NCBI GenBank assembly: GCA_963676395.1
Contig: OY781066.1
Location: 1,696,001-1,760,000 of the forward strand
Length of the DNA stretch: 64,000 bases
Reading direction: 5' to 3'
Source of the DNA: a bacterium
Lineage (GTDB): Bacteria; Fidelibacterota; Fidelibacteria; Fidelibacterales; Fidelibacteraceae
Shown: one piece after another, positions 49,477 through 58,639 of the stretch
How the letters are laid out: every line of letters starts with the position of its first letter
Numbering within the stretch: position 1 is the first letter of the stretch
Translations under genes and position numbers: made by a program
The notes under the pieces: model-generated
Database searches by the model: none
What the model was told of the DNA's origin: nothing
What the model saw: only the letters and a program-made list of their open reading frames with translations

Positions 49477-49962
49477 TTAATGAACTATTTTTATAATCCA
49501 GTCGAGTGCTTCGGCGCCGGTTAATACGGCGATTAAAACAATGATGGCTGCAATGAGCACACCTACAACACTGGCAAGAACAAAGTGCTTGGGTTTGATA
49601 TCTAATACAAAGGCGGCTAAAGCTCCGGTATAAACGCCTGATCCGGGGAGCGGAACTCCGATAAATAATGCTAACCCCCAAAATCCATATTTTTCTACTT
49701 TGGGTTGGATCTTGGTCTGAACTTTATGGAGAGTGCGTTCATAAAGTCTATTAAAAACAGGTACTTTAACAACAACATCCAAAAATAGTTTAAGGGCAAA
49801 ATACACCAATGGAGCTAGGATTATGTTTATAATAACAACAAGAACAAAAGCCCAATACCAGGGCATATCGACGACAAGTATTGCATACGGGAGACTGGCT
49901 CTTAATTCCAGTGCTGGTATAAGTGTTATGAGGATGATATGGAGGATATCATTAAAATTCAT
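49477..49962 (-). CDS. COG2426 / small multi-drug export family membrane protein
   Basis: P.LELR..LP, GLALFIGVPLPGSGVYTGAL. Confidence 0.9.
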   Translation of the reverse strand: MNFNDILHIILITLIPALELRASLPYAILVVDMPWYWAFVLVVIINIILAPLVYFALKLFLDVVVKVPVFNRLYERTLHKVQTKIQPKVEKYGFWGLALFIGVPLPGSGVYTGALAAFVLDIKPKHFVLASVVGVLIAAIIVLIAVLTGAEALDWIIKIVH

Positions 49963-50645
49963 TGTTTATCCTGCTTGTAGGATTTAAAGAAAGAAGAGAC
50001 AATCATACCGATAAATCCGAATGTTGAATCAATATAGGTCATCTTACTTTTATGTTTCTTTCCATAAATGGTTGGTATGGTTATTGTTAGTAATTCAATT
50101 TTATTTGCAGCCCAGGCAATGAGCATTTCGTTTTCAAATATAAAGCCTTTGATCTTAGAAAGTTTCCATGAAATGTACTGATGCGGGATCAAACGAAAAC
50201 CACATTGAACATCATAAAATCTTTTACCTGTTCTTAGGCTAGTTATCCATGCCGATACGCCATTACTAAATTTTCGAGTCCATGGCATATTCTTGTCCCG
50301 TTTTCTCATCCCAAGAATAATAGCATCTGGATGTTTACTGTACATATCGATAAATTTCGGGATATAGTTGGCAGGGTGTTGTCTGTCTGCATCAAAGGTT
50401 ATAACAAAATCTATATCTAACTTTGAAGCAAATTTGAATCCACTTTGAAGCGCAGCGCCTTTCCCCAAATTTTCTGAGTGTTCAACAAGCATGGCTCCGG
50501 CATTTTTTGCAATGTTGGAGGTTTTGTCGGTAGAGCCATCATTTACGACTAGGATTTCTAAATTATCGTAAATCTTCAGTTCTTCAAATACTTCAGCTAA
50601 AGTATCTTCCGCATTATATGCCGAGATCAGTATAAGTCCTTTCAT
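49959..50645 (-). CDS. Glycosyltransferase family 2 (DPM synthase-like)
   Basis: AYN, VVNDGSTD, N.GKGAAL..G, DAD.QH, D.QCGFR. Confidence 0.92.
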   Translation of the reverse strand: MKGLILISAYNAEDTLAEVFEELKIYDNLEILVVNDGSTDKTSNIAKNAGAMLVEHSENLGKGAALQSGFKFASKLDIDFVITFDADRQHPANYIPKFIDMYSKHPDAIILGMRKRDKNMPWTRKFSNGVSAWITSLRTGKRFYDVQCGFRLIPHQYISWKLSKIKGFIFENEMLIAWAANKIELLTITIPTIYGKKHKSKMTYIDSTFGFIGMIVSSFFKSYKQDKQ

Positions 50646-50665
50646 AGATGCGAATATAAGCTTTT

Positions 50666-50700
50666 AAAGCTAAAAGGGAAAAGGAAAAAGCTAAAAGGGA
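50666..50700. repeat. Heptamer array AAAGNNA x5
   Basis: AAAGCTA AAAGGGA AAAGGAA AAAGCTA AAAGGGA. Confidence 0.7.
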
Positions 50701-50807
50701 ACAATTGAGATTTGTAAAAAAGAAATTTGCAAAGTATAATAGAAAGACTTGTTTTTATTACCTTTGGGTATTATTAACCCGAGATGATCAAGAATAGTTA
50801 TTAAATA

Positions 50808-50835
50808 TAAAAAAGCCCCTCAAGTGAGGGGCTTT
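50808..50835 (-). terminator. Terminator after LysM gene
   Basis: A-run then AAAGCCCCTC-aagt-GAGGGGCTTT. Confidence 0.85.
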
Positions 50836-50855
50836 AATCATTTGAAAAAATACTC

Positions 50856-51479
50856 TTAGAGATCTTTTCTTACCTTAAGAACGGTACCGGCTGATAGAGA
50901 GTCATAGTCTTCTCCGACAACTTCCATATTGTCGCGAAGTAATACAACCCAAGCGTAGTTATTGCCGTAAAGTTTTTTAGCTATGCACCATAGTGTTTCG
51001 CCTTCTTTTACGGTATAGTCGTAAACTTCAACTTCTTTTTCTTCAACGTTACCGTCTTTTAAGAGATTAAGTTCGTCGTAAGGGTAAATAAGGTCAGGAT
51101 TGTCGCCAACCAATTCTTTGTTCCAGTCCCAGATTTCGCGCCACATTGTAACAACGCCATATTCTTCAAGGGCGATTTTCATTAAATAGTCACCAGGTTG
51201 GATCATATATTTGGTCCAAACAGCTTCTTGGACAGCTTCTTTAACCTCTTCAGGAAGAACTTCAACAACTTCAACAACTTCTTCAACAGCTTCTGTAACT
51301 TCTTCGGCTGTTTCTTTAGCTGTATCATCTACGACAGCTACTTCTTCTTCTAGGACGATTTTTTCTTTGTCACATGCATCACCTTCGAGGTATGTGCAAC
51401 CGATAGTTTCTCTTTTAGCACAACCAAAAAGCATGAATACACTTAATACGATAGCAAGCAATGTTAAAACGCGTTTCAT
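50856..51479 (-). CDS. Lipoprotein with two LysM domains
   Basis: Lipobox LFGC; Y.IQPGD.L..IA...YG...NPDLIYP and YTVKEGETLW.IA...YG. Confidence 0.9.
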   Translation of the reverse strand: MKRVLTLLAIVLSVFMLFGCAKRETIGCTYLEGDACDKEKIVLEEEVAVVDDTAKETAEEVTEAVEEVVEVVEVLPEEVKEAVQEAVWTKYMIQPGDYLMKIALEEYGVVTMWREIWDWNKELVGDNPDLIYPYDELNLLKDGNVEEKEVEVYDYTVKEGETLWCIAKKLYGNNYAWVVLLRDNMEVVGEDYDSLSAGTVLKVRKDL

Positions 51480-51539
51480 TTATAATCTCCTTACATGTTT
51501 TACAATACTCTATAAAGGTAATTCTTATTATATCTATTG

Positions 51540-52466
51540 TCAAGTTTTTCTATTGGTGGACAGTAATTTTTCGGCAATGGTGAAAGGACTGGGTTTTTGC
51601 ATATTATTACCGTAGATACTATCCTTCAAAAAAGCTATTTTACCTTTGTCCCAAAAGGATATTGTTAGTTTGTCAATAACCAGTTGTTTTACTTTTTCCT
51701 CTAATCTTTTTTGCCTTAGGATGCTCCATTGTTCTTCTGATTTCAATTTATTAAGATAATTATCTAAAACCTTAACGATTTCCTTAACACCTTCACCTTT
51801 GTTGGCAATTGATCTTAAAACCGGTTGTTCCCAAATGTCATTATTCCCGCTTGTTCGAAGTTTCGTTAATGATCTGAGGTTTAATATCATAGCTTCAGCA
51901 CCATGTCTGTCGGCTTTGTTGACAACGAATATATTCGTAATTTCCATGATGCCGGCTTTCATGGCTTGGATATCGTCTCCGGATTCTGGAACCAATACCG
52001 TTAACGTAACATCTGCGGCTCGAGCAATGTCCAGTTCAATTTGCCCCACACCCACAGTTTCAATGAGGATGATGTCAAAGCCTTCTCCATCCAAAATATC
52101 GCAAACATCATGAGTTTTCATACTTAAGCCGCCTAGGCTACCACGCGTAGCCATAGAGCGAATGTAAACATTCGGGCGTTTACTCAGTGTGTTCATCCTG
52201 ATCCGGTCACCAAGTATCGCACCACCGGTAAAAGGGGAAGAAGGGTCGACTGAAATGACGGCCACTTGTTTATCCTCATCAGAAAAGTGTTCTGCAAGAC
52301 AGTTGACTAAGGTACTTTTACCTGCTCCGGGAGGTCCTGTTATCCCAACCCGATAGGCATGGTTACCCGATTTCCATGCTTCATCAAGAAGCCGGTTTGC
52401 GTTGGGAGCATCATTTTCTACACAAGTGATCTTTGATGCCAGAGATTTTATGTCTTTTGAGGTCAT
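51540..52466 (-). CDS. meaB: Methylmalonyl-CoA mutase-associated GTPase
   Basis: GITGPPGAGKST, VDPSSPFTGGAILGDRIRM, ETVGVGQ, GDDIQAMKAG, NKAD. Confidence 0.95.
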   Translation of the reverse strand: MTSKDIKSLASKITCVENDAPNANRLLDEAWKSGNHAYRVGITGPPGAGKSTLVNCLAEHFSDEDKQVAVISVDPSSPFTGGAILGDRIRMNTLSKRPNVYIRSMATRGSLGGLSMKTHDVCDILDGEGFDIILIETVGVGQIELDIARAADVTLTVLVPESGDDIQAMKAGIMEITNIFVVNKADRHGAEAMILNLRSLTKLRTSGNNDIWEQPVLRSIANKGEGVKEIVKVLDNYLNKLKSEEQWSILRQKRLEEKVKQLVIDKLTISFWDKGKIAFLKDSIYGNNMQKPSPFTIAEKLLSTNRKT

Positions 52467-52900
52467 TCGGGTATAACTTCTGTTTCATGTGTGATATTTA
52501 CATTGCCTTTTAACATGGCAGCCACCGAACAATATTTTTCATGACTTAATTCTACTGCCCGTTGAAGGCTCTTAAGTGCTTTTTCTCCTTCATTCGAATA
52601 TAGTGTGAATTTTATGTGAATATCCGTGTAGACTTTCGGATGTTCTTCGGCTCGGTCACCGATTAATTCTATGTCCAAATGTGTAAAAGAAATCCGTTTT
52701 TTCTTGAGGATGGCCAAGGTATCCATTCCCTGGCAACCTCCTAGAGATTCAAGTAATAACTCAATTGGGGTTGCGGCAGCACCATTTCCACCGACTTCCG
52801 CTTTAGCGTCCATGATGGTAAAATGACCCGAATTACTCTTTGCTGCAAAGGTCATGTCTTGGTTTACACTGGCGAGTTTTACTTTTAATGCGTTAGCCAT
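52463..52900 (-). CDS. OsmC/YhfA family protein
   Basis: P.ELLL..LGGC, RAEEHPKVY, AVELS.EKYCSV. Confidence 0.9.
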   Translation of the reverse strand: MANALKVKLASVNQDMTFAAKSNSGHFTIMDAKAEVGGNGAAATPIELLLESLGGCQGMDTLAILKKKRISFTHLDIELIGDRAEEHPKVYTDIHIKFTLYSNEGEKALKSLQRAVELSHEKYCSVAAMLKGNVNITHETEVIPE

Positions 52901-53105
52901 ATCATACTCCTATATTTATTGTTTAAATATACCAAGAATAAAAATCAATTACAAGGAAAGCTAAAACAGAAGGCAGAAGTCAGAATAATGTGACTTAATA
53001 GTCTTGAATTTAAACATAAGGCTATTGAGTTGATGAATTTTTCAATTATCTCCAAAAAATATTTGCATTAAGCTTAAATGTCATTATATTTGACGGCTTT
53101 TTTAA

Positions 53106-53176
53106 TGGGTTGTCGTCCAACGGCAGGACATGCGGCTCTGGACCGTAGAATCGGGGTTCGAATCCCTGCAACCCAG
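53106..53176 (+). tRNA. tRNA-Gln(CTG)
   Basis: TGGGTTG/CAACCCA acceptor stem, loop CTCTGGA, GGTTCGAATCC. Confidence 0.95.
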
Positions 53177-53183
53177 CTGAGAT

Positions 53184-53255
53184 GGCGCGTTCGTCTAGTG
53201 GTTAGGACGCTGGCTTCTCACGTCGGTAACACGAGTTCGACTCTCGTACGCGCTA
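53184..53255 (+). tRNA. tRNA-Glu(CTC)
   Basis: GGCGCGT/ACGCGCT acceptor stem, loop TTCTCAC, AGTTCGACTCT. Confidence 0.93.
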
Positions 53256-53277
53256 CTTAAAATTGAAATGAATATAT

Positions 53278-53351
53278 GCGCCCGTAGCTCAATTGGATAG
53301 AGCGTCTGGCTACGGACCAGAAGGTTAGGGGTTCGACTCCTCTCGGGCGTA
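53278..53351 (+). tRNA. tRNA-Arg(ACG)
   Basis: GCGCCCG/CGGGCGT acceptor stem, loop CTACGGA, GGTTCGACTCC. Confidence 0.95.
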
Positions 53352-53354
53352 CAT

Positions 53355-53385
53355 AAACCCACTCGCAATAACGAGTGGGTTTTTT
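53355..53385 (+). terminator. Terminator of tRNA operon
   Basis: AAACCCACTCG-caataa-CGAGTGGGTTT then T-run. Confidence 0.88.
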
Positions 53386-53430
53386 GTTTTGAATGCTATA
53401 TATTCCGAGCTGAATAAGTAAAGGGATGGA

Positions 53431-54600
53431 ATGAAACTTCCAAAGAACGTAATTAAAAATCCTATGTACATATACATGACATTATTGGTGGTTGTGGCTA
53501 CGGCAGGGCACCAGATGTGGAGAACATTATTAAATAATTATGCCGTAGACCAAGTGGGTTTAAGTGGATTCCATATGGGGTTTATTCAATCACTGCGTGA
53601 AGTTCCTGGCTTTTTGACTTTCTTGGTAGTATATGTTTTGCTGATATTTAAGGAACATCGTCTATCTGCATGGTCGGTGATCTTGTTTGGGGCGGGTATT
53701 ATTTGTACCGGTTTGTTTCCTTCTTTTTCCGGTTTAATGGTAACCACTTTTTTCATGTCTTTAGGATTTCATTATTTTGAAACGACACGCCAATCTTTAG
53801 TTTTACAATATTTTAATAAGCAAGAATCACCGCTGGTCCTTGCAAATTGGCGTAGTTTAAGCGCTTTGGCAAATATTTCTATCGGTGCATTAATATGGTT
53901 GGTGTTTAAATTTACTGATCTACCTATGTCTTGGGCTTATACTATCATGGGATTGATGATCATTGCTGTGGGTGTCTATTCTTTAACAAAGGATCCTGCG
54001 GACAAAGATCTGCCAATTCAGCATAAAAAGATCGTTATCAGGAAAAAATATTGGCTGTTTTATGTTCTTAATTTTCTTAGCGGTGCCCGAAGACAAATAT
54101 TCGTTGTTTTTGCGGTATTTATGTTGGTTGAAAAGTATGCTTTTTCTGTGTGGGAAATATCTGCCTTGTTTGTATTGAATAATGTTATTACATGGTTGGT
54201 GAGCCCGTATATTGGTAAAGCGATCAATCACTATGGTGAAAAGAGAATGTTAAGTTTTGAATATATTTCATTGATACTCATTTTTATTGGTTATGCCTTT
54301 GTCAGTCAAAAATATTTTATCGTAGCACTTTATGTACTTGATCATATATTTTTTAATTTTTCCATCGGTATTCATACCTTTTTTCAAAAAATGGCAGATC
54401 CCAAAGATATAGCTCCTTCAATGGCAGTTTCTTTTTCAATTAATCATATCTCTGCGGTTGTTATTCCCGCTATTGGTGGAATGTTATGGATGTTGAATTG
54501 GCGGATACCTTTTATTGCAGGTGCCTGTTTGGCTGTTTTGTCACTGATTTTTGTTCAATATATTAAATTACCTGCTCCGGATCTATCGAATAAAATATAA
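53431..54600 (+). CDS. MFS transporter
   Basis: About 12 TM helices; REVPGFL, YWLFY.L.FLSGARRQIF motifs. Confidence 0.85.
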   Translation: MKLPKNVIKNPMYIYMTLLVVVATAGHQMWRTLLNNYAVDQVGLSGFHMGFIQSLREVPGFLTFLVVYVLLIFKEHRLSAWSVILFGAGIICTGLFPSFSGLMVTTFFMSLGFHYFETTRQSLVLQYFNKQESPLVLANWRSLSALANISIGALIWLVFKFTDLPMSWAYTIMGLMIIAVGVYSLTKDPADKDLPIQHKKIVIRKKYWLFYVLNFLSGARRQIFVVFAVFMLVEKYAFSVWEISALFVLNNVITWLVSPYIGKAINHYGEKRMLSFEYISLILIFIGYAFVSQKYFIVALYVLDHIFFNFSIGIHTFFQKMADPKDIAPSMAVSFSINHISAVVIPAIGGMLWMLNWRIPFIAGACLAVLSLIFVQYIKLPAPDLSNKI

Positions 54601-54753
54601 GTAAAGAAATAATAAAACGACAAAAGCGATTACATGCCAAATAAGTCGTCGCTTTGGGCGACGTTCTTCGTGCACCTTGCGAAAATGTAAGCGTTTATCA
54701 TCTTCGGGTTCTTTAACCACCCAGCGTGAGCGGCGTACGGGTTTTTGTGGCAT
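54583..54753 (-). CDS. Small basic protein with C-terminal TM helix (56 aa), not in ORF track
   Basis: MPQKPVRRSRWVVKEPEDDKRLHFRKVHEERRPKRRLIWHVIAFVVLLFLYLYFIR*; RBS AAGGAG. Confidence 0.7.
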   Translation of the reverse strand: MPQKPVRRSRWVVKEPEDDKRLHFRKVHEERRPKRRLIWHVIAFVVLLFLYLYFIR

Positions 54754-55002
54754 GCTTTCTCCTTGTCTTATGCGGTAAATTCCGTAGAAAACGGCGATAT
54801 GTCAAGCAATATTATTTTTCTCATATAGTATCCGGGTGATGTATCGTATGTCATACATATATTTTATAATCATGTTAATCTTGTTCTTGCGGGCTCCCAT
54901 AGGAATGACAGTGTTAAAATTTTTTCATTTAAAAAATATAATTTTCTTTGCATTAAAATAACACTTGGTTATATTGCCAAATGAGAAAACGAAAGGGTTC
55001 GA

Positions 55003-55299
55003 ATGGACATTAAGGAAAAGCGAAGATTAGAAGAACTGACAGAGATATTCAAGGCTCTGGCGCATCCTGCCAGACTGTGGATGGTTGAGCAGTTGTTTGA
55101 GCAAGAAAAATGTGTTTGTGAATTCGTTGATGTCCTCCAACTGGATTTTTCAACCGTGTCCAAACATTTATCCGTTTTGAAACATGCCCATGTGATCGAA
55201 GATGAAAAGAGAGGAAAGAATGTATATTATTCTCTCAGAACAAAATGTTTACCACATATTATTGAATGCCTTAAAAATAATGCTAAACTGGAGAACTGA
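55003..55299 (+). CDS. ArsR/SmtB family transcriptional regulator
   Basis: FKALAHPARL, EKCVCE, STVSKHL..L, RGK.VYY. Confidence 0.93.
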   Translation: MDIKEKRRLEELTEIFKALAHPARLWMVEQLFEQEKCVCEFVDVLQLDFSTVSKHLSVLKHAHVIEDEKRGKNVYYSLRTKCLPHIIECLKNNAKLEN

Positions 55300-56282
55300 T
55301 GTTAAAGGTATTTAAATGGCTTGCCGATATCATTGTGTACAATTGGTTGAAGATGGAAGAAGCTTCACGTTGGGCAGGTGCTTTGCATTTTTTTATAGAA
55401 GATATTACTAAGATATTTTTTTTGTTGGTGATCATGATCTATGTGATCGGTTTATTGAGAGCAACACTGAATACTGAGCGTATTCGCATTTTTCTGCAGG
55501 GAAAAAGTCGTTTCTTTGGTTATTTTCTGGGAGCCGGCTTTGGTGCGGTAACTCCTTTCTGTTCATGTTCAAGTATCCCGCTTTTTCTTGGCTTTACTCA
55601 GGCGAGGATTCCTATTGGGATCACCATGTCTTTCCTGATTACTTCTCCGGTCATCAATGAAGTGGCCGTGGTTTTGCTTGGAGGATTGTTAGGCGTAAAA
55701 TTTATGATCATTTATATCGGGATCGGTATTCTGGTCGGTGTGATTGGCGGTATCTTTATTGATGCAATAAAAGCGGAGCGATTTTTAATGCCAATTGCCG
55801 AAAGTATGCGGAGTTCCGAAACAGTAATGCCAGATACAGAAAATTCACAGCCAAAAAAAATGACGTTTAAAAAACGCCACGCATTCGCCAAAGGCGAATT
55901 GAATGAAATTCTTGGAAGAGTTTGGAAGTGGGTATTTATCGGTGTTGGTCTGGGGGCCTTTCTTCATGGTTTTGTCCCCGAAGAATTTATTGTTAATAAT
56001 CTAGGTTCAGGACAATGGTGGAGTGTGCCGGTAGCTGTATTGCTGGGTATACCTCTTTATTCAAATGCAAGTGGTATGATCCCCATTGCTGAAACCCTTC
56101 TTGCTAAAGGTTTACCGGTTGGTACAACCCTTGCATTTATGATGAGTACCGTGGCGGCCTCGTTTCCGGAATTTGTTATATTAAAACAGGTCATGAAACC
56201 AAAATTGTTGGTGATATTTTTTGCTATGCTATTGGTTATGTTTACTTTTGTAGGACTTGTATTAAATGTGATACCATTTTAG
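55299..56282 (+). CDS. ArsP/DUF318 family permease
   Basis: TPFCSCSSIPLF, FLITSP, GIPLY.N..G.IP, GTTLAFMM. Confidence 0.9.
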   Translation: MLKVFKWLADIIVYNWLKMEEASRWAGALHFFIEDITKIFFLLVIMIYVIGLLRATLNTERIRIFLQGKSRFFGYFLGAGFGAVTPFCSCSSIPLFLGFTQARIPIGITMSFLITSPVINEVAVVLLGGLLGVKFMIIYIGIGILVGVIGGIFIDAIKAERFLMPIAESMRSSETVMPDTENSQPKKMTFKKRHAFAKGELNEILGRVWKWVFIGVGLGAFLHGFVPEEFIVNNLGSGQWWSVPVAVLLGIPLYSNASGMIPIAETLLAKGLPVGTTLAFMMSTVAASFPEFVILKQVMKPKLLVIFFAMLLVMFTFVGLVLNVIPF

Positions 56283-56293
56283 AGGAGATTAAA

Positions 56294-56530
56294 ATGAAAA
56301 TTCAAGTATTGGGAACAGGATGTTCCAAATGTAATCAATTGATGAGTCGTACCGTAAATGCGGTCAATGAATTGGGCTTGGATATTGAGGTTGAAAAGGT
56401 CTCGGATATCAATGAGATCGTGGCGTTTGGAATTATGACCATTCCGGCTTTGGTTGTGGATGGAAAAGTACTGGTTCGTGGGAACGTCCCCAAACTCGAT
56501 GATTTAAAAGAATTAATAACGAAAGGATAG
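56294..56530 (+). CDS. Small thioredoxin-like redox-active disulfide protein (MTH895/Thioredoxin_3 type)
   Basis: MKIQVLGTGCSKC, EKV.D..EI...G.M..PALVVDG. Confidence 0.92.
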   Translation: MKIQVLGTGCSKCNQLMSRTVNAVNELGLDIEVEKVSDINEIVAFGIMTIPALVVDGKVLVRGNVPKLDDLKELITKG

Positions 56531-56532
56531 AT

Positions 56533-56966
56533 ATGAAAAAAAGAACAGGATTATTTACGCTGATGACAGTTGCTGTGCTTATCGCCGCATTGTTCCTCAC
56601 AGGATGTTCAGAAAAGAAAGCTGATGTTAGTGCAAGTGCAAAAAAAACTTCAGTCGCGACTGCCTCAGAAAAGCTTCCAAGAATGGTTGATTTTGGGCTC
56701 CTCATTGTCCCCCGTGTCGACAAATGATCCCCGAATTAGAAGAATTACATGAAAAATATGCGCATGCTTTTAATTTGGTAAAGATCAATACCTCTTTGGA
56801 AGAAAATCAAATGGCTGCCCGTGCCAATGATATTAAATATATTCCCACTCAGATATTCTATGATGAAAACGGAAAACAATTATTTCGTCATGTAGGATAT
56901 ATGTCCAAACAGGATATTTTGAGCAAATGGGAAGAGTTAGGTTATACTATGAAAGCTCAAGATTAG
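56533..56966 (+). pseudogene. Thioredoxin-family lipoprotein split by a 1-nt frameshift
   Basis: Lipobox LTGC...KLPRMVDF, then frame change at TTTTGGG (56691-56697) to APHCPPCRQMIPELEEL...IPTQIFYD..GK.LFRH.G. Confidence 0.85.
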
Positions 56967-56994
56967 TATATTTAACTTTGTTTGTGAGATTGAG

Positions 56995-57022
56995 GAGGCG
57001 CAACTTGTTGCGTCTCTTTTTT
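56995..57022. terminator. Terminator of the ArsR operon
   Basis: GAGGCGCAAC-tt-GTTGCGTCTC then T-run. Confidence 0.75.
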
Positions 57023-58616
57023 ATTGTTTTGATAATATTTCATCTGCTGCATACCAACCGGTCATAATGGCAATGGGGATCCCCGCGGGTGTATAGGTCC
57101 ATTGCCCGGCTTGGTAGATGTCTTTGATTGGTGTTTTTATTGCTCGCGGCATGCCGAAAATTTTGTTTTCTACCGGGACTTTCTCAATATAAGACCAACC
57201 TGTTATAGCACCTTCGGAGCTTCCTCCGATATGTTCTATGGTCAATGGCGTAGCTGAAAATTTAAATAAAATTTTCTCTTTGAGTCCGGGATATATCGAA
57301 GCATTCAATACTTGAATAATGTTATCTTCAGTTGCCGAAATAAATTCTTTTAACCAGCCGGCTTTTTTGATCTTTTTAATTAATTCATATTCCATAAAGA
57401 AATTGATGATCACTCCGCTTTGTCCTTTTGGCGCTAAGGCAGGATCACGATATGCCGGAATGGATATTTCATAAGTATCTCGCTCGCATGATGTTTTTAA
57501 CCAAGTGAGAACATTTTCTTTTTTGATGGAGTCGAAATTCTTGATCAAATCTTGTACATTATCATATCGGGCCGCTCCCAATCCTTGTGAAGAAGGGGTG
57601 TAGAAGAAATGCCCATGATTCTTTTTGGCAAAGTAATCTATCGGGAGATCAGTTGCTAAGTATAGACTGAATACAGAGTCACCACCGCGCTTGGATAAAA
57701 GTTTTTTTGATATCTTTGATACTTTGTTTTTCGTATTGCTATCAAGAGTGCCGGTATCAAGATGTTTATATAGGAATTTGGTATCTCCACACCAAATCAA
57801 TTGATCATAACTGTAACTTTTACCGTTCTTGTCTGTGATAAGCTTTTTGTTTGCATCAATATTTTCAATAAAAGTTTCATATGAGATGCTTCCACCAAAT
57901 TCAATGATCTTTTCGGCAAGTTTTTGGGTTAATTGCCCTGTACCACCTCTAGGATATATATAATCACCATAAACGTAATAATAACCCAAGGCAAAGAATA
58001 CATTGGTGTGATAAAAGAAATGTTGACAAATAATATCTATCAAAGAACTATCATTCGTGAACTTGGTTAAATAATCTTCAATAGGCTCGGTCATTCGCCC
58101 CATTCGCCATACGGCGGGAAGAAAATTCCGCATCTGTGGGATCAATTCCAAAAACAGATATTTTTTATCTTTCTTGAAATCTCTAAAGATCGGATTATCA
58201 AAACCGTAGATACCGTGCATAGAGCGCATGATTCTTTTAATGACTTTGAATATTCTATTGATGCCTTTTTCTTCATTGGGAAAAAGCTTGATCAATAGAT
58301 TCTGATATTGTTTCATACTATCCTTTGATGTGAAATCAATGATCGTATCGGCAATACCAAGGGAAACGGGACTCTCAAGAAGGTCCATGTCTATTCCAAG
58401 TTCTCGGATCATTGGACGGATCACTCCGGAATTTTCTATGGAGCGCGCTCCGCTGTCAAATGTAAATCCTTCTCTTTCAAATGAGGTTAATAAGCCGCCG
58501 GGAACAGAGTTTTTATCGATTAATAGAACATTTTTTCCGGCCTTTGATAAGTAAGCAGCGGCCGTAAGCCCGGCTAATCCGGCACCTACAATAATAATCT
58601 TATTCTGTGAATGCAT
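57021..58616 (-). CDS. FAD-dependent oxidoreductase, phytoene desaturase superfamily
   Basis: IVGAGLAGL, PGG..SF.REGF.FDSG, YP.GG, P.LAP.G, TP.T, G...GW, AGQW. Confidence 0.88.
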   Translation of the reverse strand: MHSQNKIIIVGAGLAGLTAAAYLSKAGKNVLLIDKNSVPGGLLTSFEREGFTFDSGARSIENSGVIRPMIRELGIDMDLLESPVSLGIADTIIDFTSKDSMKQYQNLLIKLFPNEEKGINRIFKVIKRIMRSMHGIYGFDNPIFRDFKKDKKYLFLELIPQMRNFLPAVWRMGRMTEPIEDYLTKFTNDSSLIDIICQHFFYHTNVFFALGYYYVYGDYIYPRGGTGQLTQKLAEKIIEFGGSISYETFIENIDANKKLITDKNGKSYSYDQLIWCGDTKFLYKHLDTGTLDSNTKNKVSKISKKLLSKRGGDSVFSLYLATDLPIDYFAKKNHGHFFYTPSSQGLGAARYDNVQDLIKNFDSIKKENVLTWLKTSCERDTYEISIPAYRDPALAPKGQSGVIINFFMEYELIKKIKKAGWLKEFISATEDNIIQVLNASIYPGLKEKILFKFSATPLTIEHIGGSSEGAITGWSYIEKVPVENKIFGMPRAIKTPIKDIYQAGQWTYTPAGIPIAIMTGWYAADEILSKQ

Positions 58617-58639
58617 GAAGCCTCTTTAAAGAAGATGCA

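Noticed and set aside
51211..51615. Ser/Thr-rich 134-aa ORF and other long antisense ORFs (e.g. 23928-24458, 24471-24890)
   Set aside because: Antisense shadows of well-supported genes, without RBS or domain evidence.
56700..56730. Selenocysteine read-through of the TGA ending the 64-aa ORF
   Set aside because: The continuation is in a different frame and the CxxC uses TGT codons; a frameshift explains it.
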